DNA of 32,307 nt from an uncultured Acidobacteriota bacterium (lineage in GTDB: Bacteria > Acidobacteriota > Polarisedimenticolia > J045), in the NCBI GenBank assembly GCA_964476985.1, contig CAYZDB010000002.1, positions 1 to 32,307 of the forward strand. The letters are read 5' to 3'. Shown piece after piece: positions 21,786 through 30,920 of this stretch; within the stretch, counting starts at the first letter, position 1; every line of letters starts with the position of its first letter. Both the position numbers and the translations under genes were made by a program. The notes beneath the pieces were generated by a model. That model was not told the origin of the DNA. It searched no databases and saw only the letters and a program-made list of their open reading frames with translations.

Positions 21786-22199
21786 ATGCGGAACACGATG
21801 GCGGTCCTGCTGGTCCTGGGGGCGCTGCTGCTCGCCGGCGGGGCCACGCTGGCCGCGGACAGCCCGATCGACGCGGTGAAGAAGGCCTGCAACACGGAGC
21901 TCACCACCTTCTGCAAGGGCGTGAAGCCGGGGGACGGTCGCGTCCTCGCCTGCCTCTACGCCTTCGAAGACCAGGTCTCCGACAAGTGCACCTACGCGGT
22001 CTACAACGCGGCCGCCGAGCTCGAGCAGGCCGTCAACGCCCTGAAGTTCGTGGCCGCGCAGTGCAAGGACGATCTCCTGAAGTACTGCGGCGACGTCCAG
22101 GTCGGCGAGGGGCGCGGCCTCGCCTGTCTCGAGAAGAACGAGAAGACCGTGAGCCAGGCCTGCAAGGACGCGCTGAAGCAGACCGGTCTGAAGAAGTAG
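21786..22199 (+). CDS. Secreted cysteine-rich repeat protein (two copies of a C-x7-C-x(n)-G-x-G-R-x3-CL-x(n)-C unit)
   Basis: ATG 21786 follows GAGGAG. Signal peptide: AVLLVLGALLLAGGATLAA. Repeats: CNTELTTFCKGVKPGDGRVLACLYAFEDQVSDKC and CKDDLLKYCGDVQVGEGRGLACLEKNEKTVSQAC. This is the pattern of Pfam 'cysteine rich repeat' (PF00839-like) bacterial proteins. Confidence 0.8.
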   Translation: MRNTMAVLLVLGALLLAGGATLAADSPIDAVKKACNTELTTFCKGVKPGDGRVLACLYAFEDQVSDKCTYAVYNAAAELEQAVNALKFVAAQCKDDLLKYCGDVQVGEGRGLACLEKNEKTVSQACKDALKQTGLKK

Positions 22200-22203
22200 G
22201 TCG

Positions 22204-22219
22204 GCCGGCGCGCGCCGGC
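22204..22219 (+). terminator. Perfect 16-bp GC palindrome 5 nt after the Cys-rich protein stop; possible U-tract-less terminator hairpin
   Basis: GCCGGCGCGCGCCGGC is followed by two more short hairpins (CCGGGG..CCCCGG and GCGAGG..CCTCGC) in the 22200-22320 spacer. No T-tract follows. Confidence 0.3.
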
Positions 22220-22391
22220 AGCGGGCTGGGAGCCCGGGTCCCGGGGGGAATCCCCGGCACGGGGATCGATCCAGCTCGACCCGCCGGGACGCGGCGAGGG
22301 GAGTATCCTCGCCCGCAGTGAGGCGCGGGACGCCGGTCCAGGGCCCGCGATCTGACGAGTGGATCGTCGTTCCGGCGGGAAAGGCGGCGCC

Positions 22392-23582
22392 ATGACCGGG
22401 CCCGTACCCATCGACCGATCGGACGACTTCTCGCTCGTGCTGGGCGGTCCGCTGTACCAGCTGTTCCGGCGGTCGCGCCTCGTCGGCGACGCGATGGAGC
22501 TGCTCAAGCGGCGGATCCTGGTCATCACGCTCATGGCGTGGCTGCCGCTGCTGCTCCTGTCGGTGATCGGCGGGAGCGCCCTGGGCGGCGGGATCAAGGT
22601 CCCGTTCCTGCACGACGTCGAGATGCACGTCAAGTTCCTGGTCGCGCTGCCCGCCCTGATCGCCGCCGAACTGGTCGTCCACCTGCGCATCCGTCCGACC
22701 GTGAAGGCGTTCCTGAACCGGGGCGTCGTCCCCCCGGGAGAGGTGCCGAGATTCAACGCGGCCATCGCCTCCGTCCTGCGGGCGCGCAACTCCGTCGCCC
22801 TGGAACTCGCGCTGGTGGCCGTCGTCTACACGCTCGGCCTCTGGATCTGGCGCAGCCAGACGGCCCTCGAGGCGGCCACCTGGTACGCGAGGCCGGAGGG
22901 CGGGCACCTCAACCTGACTCCCGCCGGCTACTGGTTCGTCCTGGTCAGCCTCCCGATCTTCCAGTTCATCCTGCTGCGCTGGTACATGCGGATCGTCCTC
23001 TGGTTCGTCTTCCTGTGGCGGGTCTCGCGGCTCGATCTGCACCTCGTCCCCACCCATCCGGACCGGGCCGGAGGCCTCGGCTTCCTGGGCCAGGGCACCT
23101 ACGCCTTCGGCCCGATCCTCTTCGCGCAGGGCACCCTGCTCTCCGGCCAGATCGCCGGCCGGATCTTCCAGCAGGGCGCGAACCTGGTGGACTTCAAGGT
23201 GCAGATCGTGGGGTTCATCGCCTTCTTCCTGGCGTTCATCCTCGGCCCGCTCGTCGTCTTCACGCCGCCCCTTGCGCGGGCGAGGCGGCGCGGGTTGAGC
23301 GAGTACGGGACGCTCGCGAGCCGGTACGTCCAGGCGTTCGACGAGAAGTGGCTTCGCGGTGGCGCATCGCGGGAGGACGAATTCCTGGGCACCGGCGACA
23401 TCCAGTCCCTGGCCGACCTGGGGAACAGTTTCGCGGTCGTCCAGGAGATGCGCTTCGTACCCTTCGGTGCCCGCGACGCGGTGAGGCTGGCCGCGATGAC
23501 TGCCGCCCCGCTGGCGCCGCTGGTCCTCACGATCTTCTCGCTGGACGACCTGGTGACCCAGCTGCTCAAGGCGATCTTCTAG
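22392..23582 (+). CDS. Conserved-looking polytopic membrane protein of unknown function
   Basis: I prefer ATG 22392 (GAAAGG upstream) to the track GTG 22359. There are multiple TM helices (ILVITLMAWLPLLLLSVIGG, FLVALPALIAAELVVHL, LELALVAVVYTLGLWIW, YWFVLVSLPIFQFILL, IVLWFVFLWRV, IVGFIAFFLAFILGPLVVF). GC3 bias is strong. Confidence 0.75.
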   Translation: MTGPVPIDRSDDFSLVLGGPLYQLFRRSRLVGDAMELLKRRILVITLMAWLPLLLLSVIGGSALGGGIKVPFLHDVEMHVKFLVALPALIAAELVVHLRIRPTVKAFLNRGVVPPGEVPRFNAAIASVLRARNSVALELALVAVVYTLGLWIWRSQTALEAATWYARPEGGHLNLTPAGYWFVLVSLPIFQFILLRWYMRIVLWFVFLWRVSRLDLHLVPTHPDRAGGLGFLGQGTYAFGPILFAQGTLLSGQIAGRIFQQGANLVDFKVQIVGFIAFFLAFILGPLVVFTPPLARARRRGLSEYGTLASRYVQAFDEKWLRGGASREDEFLGTGDIQSLADLGNSFAVVQEMRFVPFGARDAVRLAAMTAAPLAPLVLTIFSLDDLVTQLLKAIF

Positions 23583-23632
23583 CGCCCCCTTCCGCCGGCC
23601 AGGGCCCCGGAGGCGTCCGTCGCGGTACATTC

Positions 23633-26600
23633 ATGGCCGCTCCCAGGGGAGAGTTCGCGATGCCCGCTGCCTTGGCCCGCCGTTGCCGGCCTTTCCGCCC
23701 CGGCGCCGGTCCGCTCGCCGCGCTTGCCACGGCGGTCCTGCTGGCCGGCGGATCGGCCCGCCCGGCCCAGGCCTACACCCCCGGCTCCGGCACGCTCTAC
23801 ACCGCGAACTTCGAGTCCGAGCTGGACGCCGACTGGGAGCAGGGGAACGGGCTGGGCCAGCCCTCCCCCTGGACGCGGATCCCGGACGGCGGCGACAGCA
23901 GCTTCTACGCCGACGGGAAGGGGCCCTACGCCAGCTCGCCCTCGAAGCACTGGGCCCGCCACCACGTCGTGCCGGCCACGGCCACGAGCTTCTCGATCGC
24001 CTTCGAGTACCGGACCGAGCTGGGCGCCGCCTACTACTTCGACCTCGACCTCGAACAGCGCGCCCCCACGCCGCGCAAGTACCGGCTGCGCGTCGACAGC
24101 GCCGGCCGGCTCTCGCTCTGGCGGACCGAGAACGGCGTCTTCGTGCAGAAGGCGGCGACGGGCACGGCCGCGATCCCGGTCAACCAGAAGCGCTGGATCC
24201 GCCTCGCGATCCAGCCCGGCAGCGGGCACCCGCTCGTCCGCGCGCGCGTCTGGTCGGGCTCCGCGGGCTCGGAGCCGGCGAGCTGGACGCTCGAGTTCAC
24301 CGACGAGAACGACACGCTCGCCCGCGTCCACCGCTTCGAGCTGACGACCGACGGGCCGGCCGGGAACGAGACCTGGATCGACGACCTGGACGCCTTCGGC
24401 GACGCGTCGGAGGGCGTCGCGTCGACGGTGAAGACGATCTACATCGCCGAGTGGAGCCACCTCGACATCGGCTTCACCGAGCCGCCGGACGAGATCGAGG
24501 CCTTCGCCAAGACGCACCTCGACCAGGTGCTGGCGAACCTCGCGGCCGACCCGGCGTACCGCTTCTTCATCGAGGAGTCGTGGTTCCTGGCGCGCTGGTG
24601 GGAGCGCTCCACCGAGAGCGAGCGGGACGACATGGTGGCCTGGCTGCGCAGCGGGCGGCTGTCGCTGGGCGCCGGCTACGCCTCGCTCCACACCACGACC
24701 GCGGGCCACGAGGAGCTGACGCGCAACCTCTACTGGGCCTCGCGCTTCGCGCGCCAGCACCAGGTTCCGCTCCGGACCTGGATCACCGACGACGTGCCGG
24801 GGTCGACCTTCGCGCTGCCCGAGCTGCTGGCCCGCAGCGGCATCGAGTACTACCTGGCCGGGATGAACACGCCGTTCGGCGGCCGGGTCCAGCACCCGCA
24901 CCACGGCGAGCGCCCGTGGTGGTGGGTCGGGCCCGACGGCAGCCGGGTGCTGACCTGGCACACCTTCGACGCCTACGCCGAGGCCTTCGACTGGGGCTTC
25001 TCGTTCTTCGACGGGATCGCGGACATCCGCAACAAGACCGGGAAGAAGCTGCCCGAGCTGGAGGAGCTGGGCTACCCGTACCCCGAGCTGATGCTGATGC
25101 GGGCCTTCGACAACCACTACCAGGGGTTCAAGGTCCGCGACCTGGTCAACCAGTGGAACGCGACCTACCAGACCCCGAAGTTCGTGATGGCGACGCCCGA
25201 GGAGTTCCTCGACCTGATGCTCGCCCGCTACGGCCCGGACGCCTTCCCGTCGTTCTCGGGCGACTTCGGCGCGGCCTGGTCGGGGAGCCACGCCGACGCG
25301 CCGCACACCGAGCGGATGGTGCGCCAGGCCCACCGCGAGACGCGGTCGGCCGAGGCGCTGCTGGCCGCGGGGTCGCTGGTCGACGGGCTGCCGGTCCCGC
25401 AGGCCGACGTCGACCACGCCTACCGGCGGATGCTCGAGGTCGACGAGCACTCCGGGGCGGGCGGCTGGCCCGGCTACTTCACGCCGGAGGAGATGGACCG
25501 CAACAACCGGGCCCACCTCTCGTACGCCGTCGAGGCCAGCACGAGTTCCTCGTCGCTCCTGGCGGAGGGGCACCAGCGCGCCACCGCGGCGATCCCCGCG
25601 GCCGGCGACGCGGTGATCGTCAGCAACCCGCTGGGCCGCGCGCGCGACGGCTGGGCGCGCGTGGCGCTGCCGGCGGCGCTCTACGGCACCGCCTTCCGCG
25701 TCGTGGATCGCGCCACGGGCCAGGAGCTGCCGTACCAGCGCTTCGACGCCAGCTCCGAGATCGCCTTCCGCGCGCTGAACCTGCCGGCGGTCGGCTATCG
25801 CGTGTACGACCTGCAGCCGGGCGCGCCGTCCGCCGTGCCGGAGGGGATGCTGCAGGTCACGGCGACGACGCTGGAGAACGACCACTACCGGCTGGTGGTC
25901 GATCCCGCGGACGGCTCGCTGACGACGCTGACCGAGAAGGCCACCGGCCGCGCGCTGATCGACCCCGGCAGCAGCTACCGCTTCAACCGGCTGGCCTCCA
26001 GCACCAAGTCCGACGTCCAGGCCGGCCGCGCGCCGACCGCCGCCGCGGTGGGAGGCGCCAGCGTGACCGTGAGGACCGCGGGGCCGCTGATCGCCGAGCT
26101 GCAGGTCACGCGCACCGGGACGCCGCACACCTCGACCGTCTACCGGCTGCGGCGCGGCGAGAACCGGGTCGAGTTCGACAACACGATCAATCGCAACGCC
26201 ACCCCCTACGTCAACAACGCCACCAGCTACCGCTGGTACACCGTGACGCTCCCGTTCAACCTGCAGAACCTCTCGATCTACAGCGAGACCACGACCCGCT
26301 TCCTGCGCTACCCGCAGGACGGCTTCCCGCGCGACAACTACTTCGACTGGCACAACGTCGAGCACACGCTGGGGCTGTTCGACGAGGACGGCGGCGTGCT
26401 CTACGCGGTCGACAACACCGACGCCCACCACCTGGAGAAGTTCAAGCAGCTCACGCCGCCGTCGCCGTCGCTGGCGACGGGGCTGCTGCTCTCGCGGATG
26501 TACGACCGCTCGGACGAGTACGAGTTCGAAGGCGGGACGATCGGGCCCTACACGATGGAGCCCGACACCGCGCCGGCGCTGCGCTTCACGCACTCCGTGC

Positions 26601-27187
26601 GCGGGGTGCCGCCGCTGTTCGACCCGGTCGCGGCCAGCCGCTTCGGTTTCGAGGCGCTCAACGCGCCGCTGGCCCGCTACGTCGCGGCCCGCCCGGGGTC
26701 GCTGCCGGGCGGGGAGGCCTCGTTCTTCTCGGTCGACGCGCCGAACGTCCTGCTCTACACCGTCAAGCGCGCCGACGACGGCGACGGCGTGATCCTGCGG
26801 ATGACGGAGCTGGCCGGCGTGCCGACCACCGCCCGCATCTCTTCGGGCATTTTCACGCTCTCGGCGCCGCTGCTGGCCGAGCAGGACGAGGAGGGCGGCT
26901 CGCCGCTGGCGCTGGACGGCGGCGCGGTGGTGGTCGAGCTGGCGCCCTACGTGACGGCGACGGTCCGCGTTCGCGCGGCGCTCCCGGTCGTGGCCGTGAC
27001 CCGCAACGACGCCGCGGGGGCGGTGCACCTGGAGTGGGCCGGCGGCGCGGCGCCGTTCCGGCTGGTGCGGGCCGAGGACGCGCAGTTCACCGTCGGCGTG
27101 ACCACGCTGCTCGACGGCTCGGGCGAGCGCAGCTACGACGATCCGGTGCTGGGCGACGGAAAGACCTACTTCTACCGGGTGGAGTGA
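23633..27187 (+). CDS. Secreted glycoside hydrolase family 38-like (alpha-mannosidase-type) protein with N-terminal jelly-roll/LamG-like domain and C-terminal FN3-like domain
   Basis: ATG 23633 (alternative 23660) is in frame inside track ORF 22538..27187. Signal: LAALATAVLLAGGSARPAQA. GH38 N-terminal metal motif: TIYIAEWSHLDIGFT. Further GH38-like stretches: WFLARWWE, ..TWITDDVPGSTFALPELLARSGIEYYLAGMN.. and WWWVGPDGSRVLTWH. Confidence 0.8.
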   Translation: MAAPRGEFAMPAALARRCRPFRPGAGPLAALATAVLLAGGSARPAQAYTPGSGTLYTANFESELDADWEQGNGLGQPSPWTRIPDGGDSSFYADGKGPYASSPSKHWARHHVVPATATSFSIAFEYRTELGAAYYFDLDLEQRAPTPRKYRLRVDSAGRLSLWRTENGVFVQKAATGTAAIPVNQKRWIRLAIQPGSGHPLVRARVWSGSAGSEPASWTLEFTDENDTLARVHRFELTTDGPAGNETWIDDLDAFGDASEGVASTVKTIYIAEWSHLDIGFTEPPDEIEAFAKTHLDQVLANLAADPAYRFFIEESWFLARWWERSTESERDDMVAWLRSGRLSLGAGYASLHTTTAGHEELTRNLYWASRFARQHQVPLRTWITDDVPGSTFALPELLARSGIEYYLAGMNTPFGGRVQHPHHGERPWWWVGPDGSRVLTWHTFDAYAEAFDWGFSFFDGIADIRNKTGKKLPELEELGYPYPELMLMRAFDNHYQGFKVRDLVNQWNATYQTPKFVMATPEEFLDLMLARYGPDAFPSFSGDFGAAWSGSHADAPHTERMVRQAHRETRSAEALLAAGSLVDGLPVPQADVDHAYRRMLEVDEHSGAGGWPGYFTPEEMDRNNRAHLSYAVEASTSSSSLLAEGHQRATAAIPAAGDAVIVSNPLGRARDGWARVALPAALYGTAFRVVDRATGQELPYQRFDASSEIAFRALNLPAVGYRVYDLQPGAPSAVPEGMLQVTATTLENDHYRLVVDPADGSLTTLTEKATGRALIDPGSSYRFNRLASSTKSDVQAGRAPTAAAVGGASVTVRTAGPLIAELQVTRTGTPHTSTVYRLRRGENRVEFDNTINRNATPYVNNATSYRWYTVTLPFNLQNLSIYSETTTRFLRYPQDGFPRDNYFDWHNVEHTLGLFDEDGGVLYAVDNTDAHHLEKFKQLTPPSPSLATGLLLSRMYDRSDEYEFEGGTIGPYTMEPDTAPALRFTHSVRGVPPLFDPVAASRFGFEALNAPLARYVAARPGSLPGGEASFFSVDAPNVLLYTVKRADDGDGVILRMTELAGVPTTARISSGIFTLSAPLLAEQDEEGGSPLALDGGAVVVELAPYVTATVRVRAALPVVAVTRNDAAGAVHLEWAGGAAPFRLVRAEDAQFTVGVTTLLDGSGERSYDDPVLGDGKTYFYRVE

Positions 27188-27191
27188 CACG

Positions 27192-27587
27192 ATGCGGGCG
27201 CGCACCCCCCTCGCCGGCTGCGCGCTGGCCGCGGCGGTCCTCGCGGCGGCGATCGGCGCGGCATGGGCCCACGGCGCGTCGCGCGGCCTGCACCTGCACC
27301 TCTCGCCCGACAAGGCGGCGCGCGGCGCGGACGTCGCGGTCGCGGTCAACGCGGCCGAGCCGATCGTCGCGCTGGCGGTCGGCTTCGTCGGCCAGGAGCC
27401 GGTGCGGATCGCGGTCAAGCCGGCGGCGCGCGACGCGGCGGTCACGCTGAAGGTCCCGGACGGCGCGGCCGGCGAGTCGATCAACGTGCAGGCCGAGGCC
27501 ACGACGGAGTCGGGCCGGACGCTGCGCGCCGCGGCGATCCTGCAGCTGCTGCCGCGCGGGGAACGGCGGGCCGAGGGGGGCCGCTGA
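27192..27587 (+). CDS. Small secreted hypothetical protein
   Basis: ATG 27192 follows GGGTGGAG. Signal peptide: LAGCALAAAVLAAAIGAAWA. Beta-rich and Ala/Val-rich, with no recognisable motif. Confidence 0.55.
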   Translation: MRARTPLAGCALAAAVLAAAIGAAWAHGASRGLHLHLSPDKAARGADVAVAVNAAEPIVALAVGFVGQEPVRIAVKPAARDAAVTLKVPDGAAGESINVQAEATTESGRTLRAAAILQLLPRGERRAEGGR

Positions 27588-28915
27588 TCCGGATCGCGGT
27601 CGAGCGCCCGGGCTCCGGCGGCTGGTTCACGGGCCGCGGCGACGACGGCGCGTCCTGGAATCTCTACGGAGCCGCCCCGGGCGACGTCGTCGAGGCCCGG
27701 CCGGTCGCCGGGCGCGCCGGCTGGGCCGAACTCGTCGCGACGCGCGAGCGCGGTCCGGGACGGCGCGAGCCCCCCTGCCCGCTGGCCGCGTCCTGCGGCG
27801 GCTGCCACTGGCTTCAGCTCGAGGAGGCGACGCAGGGCGACTGGCGCGAGCGAATGCTGCGCGAGCAGGCCGCCGCGCGCGGGGTCGACCTGGCGGCGCG
27901 CCGGGTCCCGGTGCGCCGCGTCGCCTCGCCGCAGGCGCTGGGCTACCGCTGGCGCGCGCGCTTCCAGTCCGGCTTCGGCGACGGCGCGCCGACGATCGGC
28001 TTCCACGGGAAGGGGCACTGGCGCGTGGTCGACGTGCCGGAGTGCCCGCTGCTCGCGCCGCCGCTGGCCGCGGCCTACGCGGCGCTGCGCGCCGCGCTCT
28101 TCCGCCTCGCGCCGCCCGACCTGACCGGCTTCGAGTTGACGGTGCTGCCCGGTGCGCCCGGCGCACTGCTGTCGCTCAATCCACGCGACCGTCCGCCGGC
28201 GTCGTGGCCTGCGCTGGGGGAGAGCCTGCTCGGAGACGCCGGCTGCGGCCTGGCCGGGGTCGCGGTCAGTCCGCCGCGCGGCGACCCGCGCCCGGCGCGG
28301 CTGGGCGCCCCGTCGATCCAGGGCCGGACGCCCGCGGGCCGGCCGGTGGCGGTCGCGGCGCGCGGTTTCCTGCAGTCGAACCTCGCGGCGGGCGACCGGC
28401 TCGCGGACGAGGTCGTGCGGATGGCGGGTGCGTCGCGCGGCCCGAAGCTGCTGGAGCTCTACGCCGGCTCCGGGTTCCTGTCGTGGCCGCTGGCGGCGGC
28501 GGGAGCGCGGGTCGCGGCGCACGAGGAGAGCGCGGCGGCGATCGACGCGGCCCGGGCGCTGCCACCGCCTCCGCCCGGCGCGGGCGGTGCGCTGCAGCTG
28601 GCGCCGGGCGAGTCGCACGCGACCTGGTCGGCGCGCGCCGGGGAAGGCTGGGAGGTCCTCGTCGCCGATCCGCCGCGCCCCGGGCTGGGGCCGCTGGCCC
28701 GCGACCTCGCGCGCGCCGGTGCGGCCGACGCGCCGGGCCGCATCGTGCTGGTCGGCTGCTCGCTCGCCGCCGTGGCGCGCGACCTCGCCGCGCTGGCGGC
28801 CGGCGGCTGGGAACCGGCCGAGATCGTGCAGGTCGACATGTTCCCGCAGACCCGCCACGCCGAGACGGTCGTGCGGCTCGAGCGGGGCGGGAGCCCCTCG
28901 GCGCCGACGAACTGA
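27584..28915 (+). CDS. RumA/TrmA-family SAM-dependent RNA (uracil-5)-methyltransferase with [4Fe-4S] Cys cluster; start codon uncertain
   Basis: Fe-S cysteines: CPLAASCGGCHWLQL plus VPECPLL. SAM motif: LLELYAGSGFLS. ADPPRPGL is present. Nucleophile motif IVLVGCSLAAVARDL (compare SCNPATLARD) and VDMFPQTRHAETVV (compare DMFPHTHHVE). It is in frame inside track ORF 27263..28915, whose 5' part is an alternative frame of the previous gene. Confidence 0.75.
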   Translation: MIRIAVERPGSGGWFTGRGDDGASWNLYGAAPGDVVEARPVAGRAGWAELVATRERGPGRREPPCPLAASCGGCHWLQLEEATQGDWRERMLREQAAARGVDLAARRVPVRRVASPQALGYRWRARFQSGFGDGAPTIGFHGKGHWRVVDVPECPLLAPPLAAAYAALRAALFRLAPPDLTGFELTVLPGAPGALLSLNPRDRPPASWPALGESLLGDAGCGLAGVAVSPPRGDPRPARLGAPSIQGRTPAGRPVAVAARGFLQSNLAAGDRLADEVVRMAGASRGPKLLELYAGSGFLSWPLAAAGARVAAHEESAAAIDAARALPPPPPGAGGALQLAPGESHATWSARAGEGWEVLVADPPRPGLGPLARDLARAGAADAPGRIVLVGCSLAAVARDLAALAAGGWEPAEIVQVDMFPQTRHAETVVRLERGGSPSAPTN

Positions 28916-29121
28916 CGTAAGTAACTTCGGCAGCGTGTCTTGTAAATGCGTGATTCGTCCCGTCGTCCCCTGCTTCCGTCCCCTTGGCTTACCTTTTCGC
29001 TTGCGGGGTGAGGGCCCCCTCCCGCAAACTTCCCGATCCGCTGCCTCGCACCGAGCCCGGCGCCTTCGTCGGGAGACCGGTTCCGCGCCAAGCGGCGAGG
29101 CTGCATCCACAGGGGCAGGAC

Positions 29122-30912
29122 ATGAGAGACGACCTGGTCATCGGCATGGCCGGCTCGGGAGGCGACGGCATCGTCTCCGCCGGCGAGTTCCTGATCGCAG
29201 GGGCGGCCCGCGAGGGCTACCACGGGATCATGACCAAGAGCTTCGGCTCGCAGATCCGTGGCGGCGAGTCTTCGTGCCGCGTGCGGCTCTCGACGCGGCC
29301 CGTGCTCAACCCCGGCGGCGCGCTCGACGTCGCCGTCGCGCTGAACTGGGAAGACTTCATGAAGTTCGGCGGCGAGCTGCCGGTGCTGGGCAGCACGATC
29401 GTCCTCTACGAGGAAAAGACGGGCACGGCGCCGGACCAGCTCCCGCTGGTCGGCGTGACGCCGGCGCAGGCGATCGCGGTCCCGTTCGCCGACCTGGCCA
29501 AGAAGGCGGCCGGCACCGAGCGCGCCAAGAACACGGTCGTGCTGGGACTGATCTCCGGCTGGTTCGGCCTGGGGCGCGACGCGCTGATGGGCGGGATCCG
29601 CAAGAAGCTGGCCAAGAAGGGGGCCGAGCTGGTCGAGGCCAACGAGCGCGCCTTCGACGCCGGCGTCGAGTTCGCCAAGGCCCACCCGCTGGTCCAGGAC
29701 ATGACGCTCGCGCTGCAGGAGAAGGAGCGCAAGCACCTGCTCCTGACCGACGGCAACGACATGAGCGGCGCGGCCGCGATCTTCGCCGGCTGCACCTTCT
29801 TCGGCGGCTACCCGATCACGCCGTCGTCCGAGGTGATGCAGTTCTTCTCGGACCACGTCTGGAAGTACGGCGGCTCGATCGTCCAGGCCGAGGACGAGAT
29901 CGCCGGGATCGGCACCGCGCTGGGCGCGTCGTTCGCCGGCCAGAAGGCGATGACCGTGACCTCCGGCCCCGGGCTGTCGCTCAAGACCGAGATCATGGGC
30001 CTGGCGACGATCGCCGAGCTGCCGCTGGTGATTCTCGACGTCCAGCGCGGCGGCCCGTCGACCGGCCTGCCGACCAAGTCCGAGCAGGGCGACCTGTTCG
30101 CGGCGGTCTTCTCCGCGCACGGCGACGTGGTGCGGCCGGTCCTGGCGCCGACCACCGTGGCCGACACCTTCGACGTGACCGTCGAGGCCTTCAACCTGGC
30201 CGAGCAGTACCAGACGCCGGTGATCATCCTGAGCGACCAGGAGATCGCGCAGCGCAAGGAGATCGTCGACCCGATCGACACCAGCAAGTTCAAGCTGGTC
30301 GAGCGGCTGAAGCCGACCGAGGCCGAGCTGCAGGACTACACGCGCTTCCGCTTCACCGAGTCGGGGATCAGCCCGATCAGCCACCCGGGGATGAAGGGCG
30401 GCAACTACCTGGCCTCCGGGATCGAGCACAACGAGGCCGGCGGGCCGATCGCCGGCGGCGCGATGCACCACAAGATGAACGAGAAGCGGTTCCGGAAGCT
30501 CGAACCGCTCAAGCGCCGCCGGGACCTGTTCGTGATCGAGGGGAACCCCAAGGCGCCGATCGGCCTGATCAGCTGGGGCAGCAGCGCGGGGGTCTGCCGC
30601 GAAGCCCTGCACCTGGCGCAGGCCGCCGGGATCGACGTCAAGCTGCTGGTGCCGTACCTGCTCTACCCGGTGGTCGAGGACGTCTACCGCGACTTCTTCG
30701 CCTCGCTCAAGGGCGGCGTGATCGTCGAGCAGTCGTACCAGGGCCAGCTCTGGCGGGTGCTCCGGATGTTCATCGACGTTCCGAAGGTGATCGAGCCGAT
30801 GTGCCGCAGCGGCGCCAACCCGTTCCAGCCGGCGGAGGTCGTCGACCGGCTGAAGGGCGTGCTGAAGAAGATCCACGGCCAGACCGGCGAAAAGATGCAG
30901 CCGCAGGAGTGA
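29122..30912 (+). CDS. korA: 2-oxoglutarate/2-oxoacid:ferredoxin oxidoreductase alpha subunit (fused gamma-alpha type)
   Basis: ATG 29122 is in frame inside track ORF 28984..30912. MRDDLVIGMAGSGGDGIVSAGEFLI (gamma-like N-terminus), ..GNDMSGAAAIFAGCTFFGGYPITPSSEVM.., QAEDEIAGIGTALGASFAGQKAMTVTSGPGLSLK and GGPSTGLPTKSEQGDL are classical KorA motifs. Confidence 0.9.
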   Translation: MRDDLVIGMAGSGGDGIVSAGEFLIAGAAREGYHGIMTKSFGSQIRGGESSCRVRLSTRPVLNPGGALDVAVALNWEDFMKFGGELPVLGSTIVLYEEKTGTAPDQLPLVGVTPAQAIAVPFADLAKKAAGTERAKNTVVLGLISGWFGLGRDALMGGIRKKLAKKGAELVEANERAFDAGVEFAKAHPLVQDMTLALQEKERKHLLLTDGNDMSGAAAIFAGCTFFGGYPITPSSEVMQFFSDHVWKYGGSIVQAEDEIAGIGTALGASFAGQKAMTVTSGPGLSLKTEIMGLATIAELPLVILDVQRGGPSTGLPTKSEQGDLFAAVFSAHGDVVRPVLAPTTVADTFDVTVEAFNLAEQYQTPVIILSDQEIAQRKEIVDPIDTSKFKLVERLKPTEAELQDYTRFRFTESGISPISHPGMKGGNYLASGIEHNEAGGPIAGGAMHHKMNEKRFRKLEPLKRRRDLFVIEGNPKAPIGLISWGSSAGVCREALHLAQAAGIDVKLLVPYLLYPVVEDVYRDFFASLKGGVIVEQSYQGQLWRVLRMFIDVPKVIEPMCRSGANPFQPAEVVDRLKGVLKKIHGQTGEKMQPQE

Positions 30913-30920
30913 GGTGAGAG

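Noticed and set aside
28972-28996. CTT-containing units at about 10-nt spacing (CTTCC, CCTTGG, CCTTTT) upstream of korA as a third copy of the AGG/CCT phased motif
   Set aside because: The units are short and degenerate. Their orientation is opposite to the downstream gene, and no TAGGAA core is present. This is too weak to claim.
20525-30917. Very long shadow ORFs (20525..21916 -, 21696..23630 -, 23579..29110 - at 1843 aa, 23683..27450 +, 28152..30917 +, 28459..30876 -)
   Set aside because: All overlap genes with clear family motifs (dihaem cytochrome, GH38, RumA-like, KorA). They translate to Arg/Gly/Pro/Asp low-complexity sequence, the expected artefact at about 75-80% GC where stop codons are rare.
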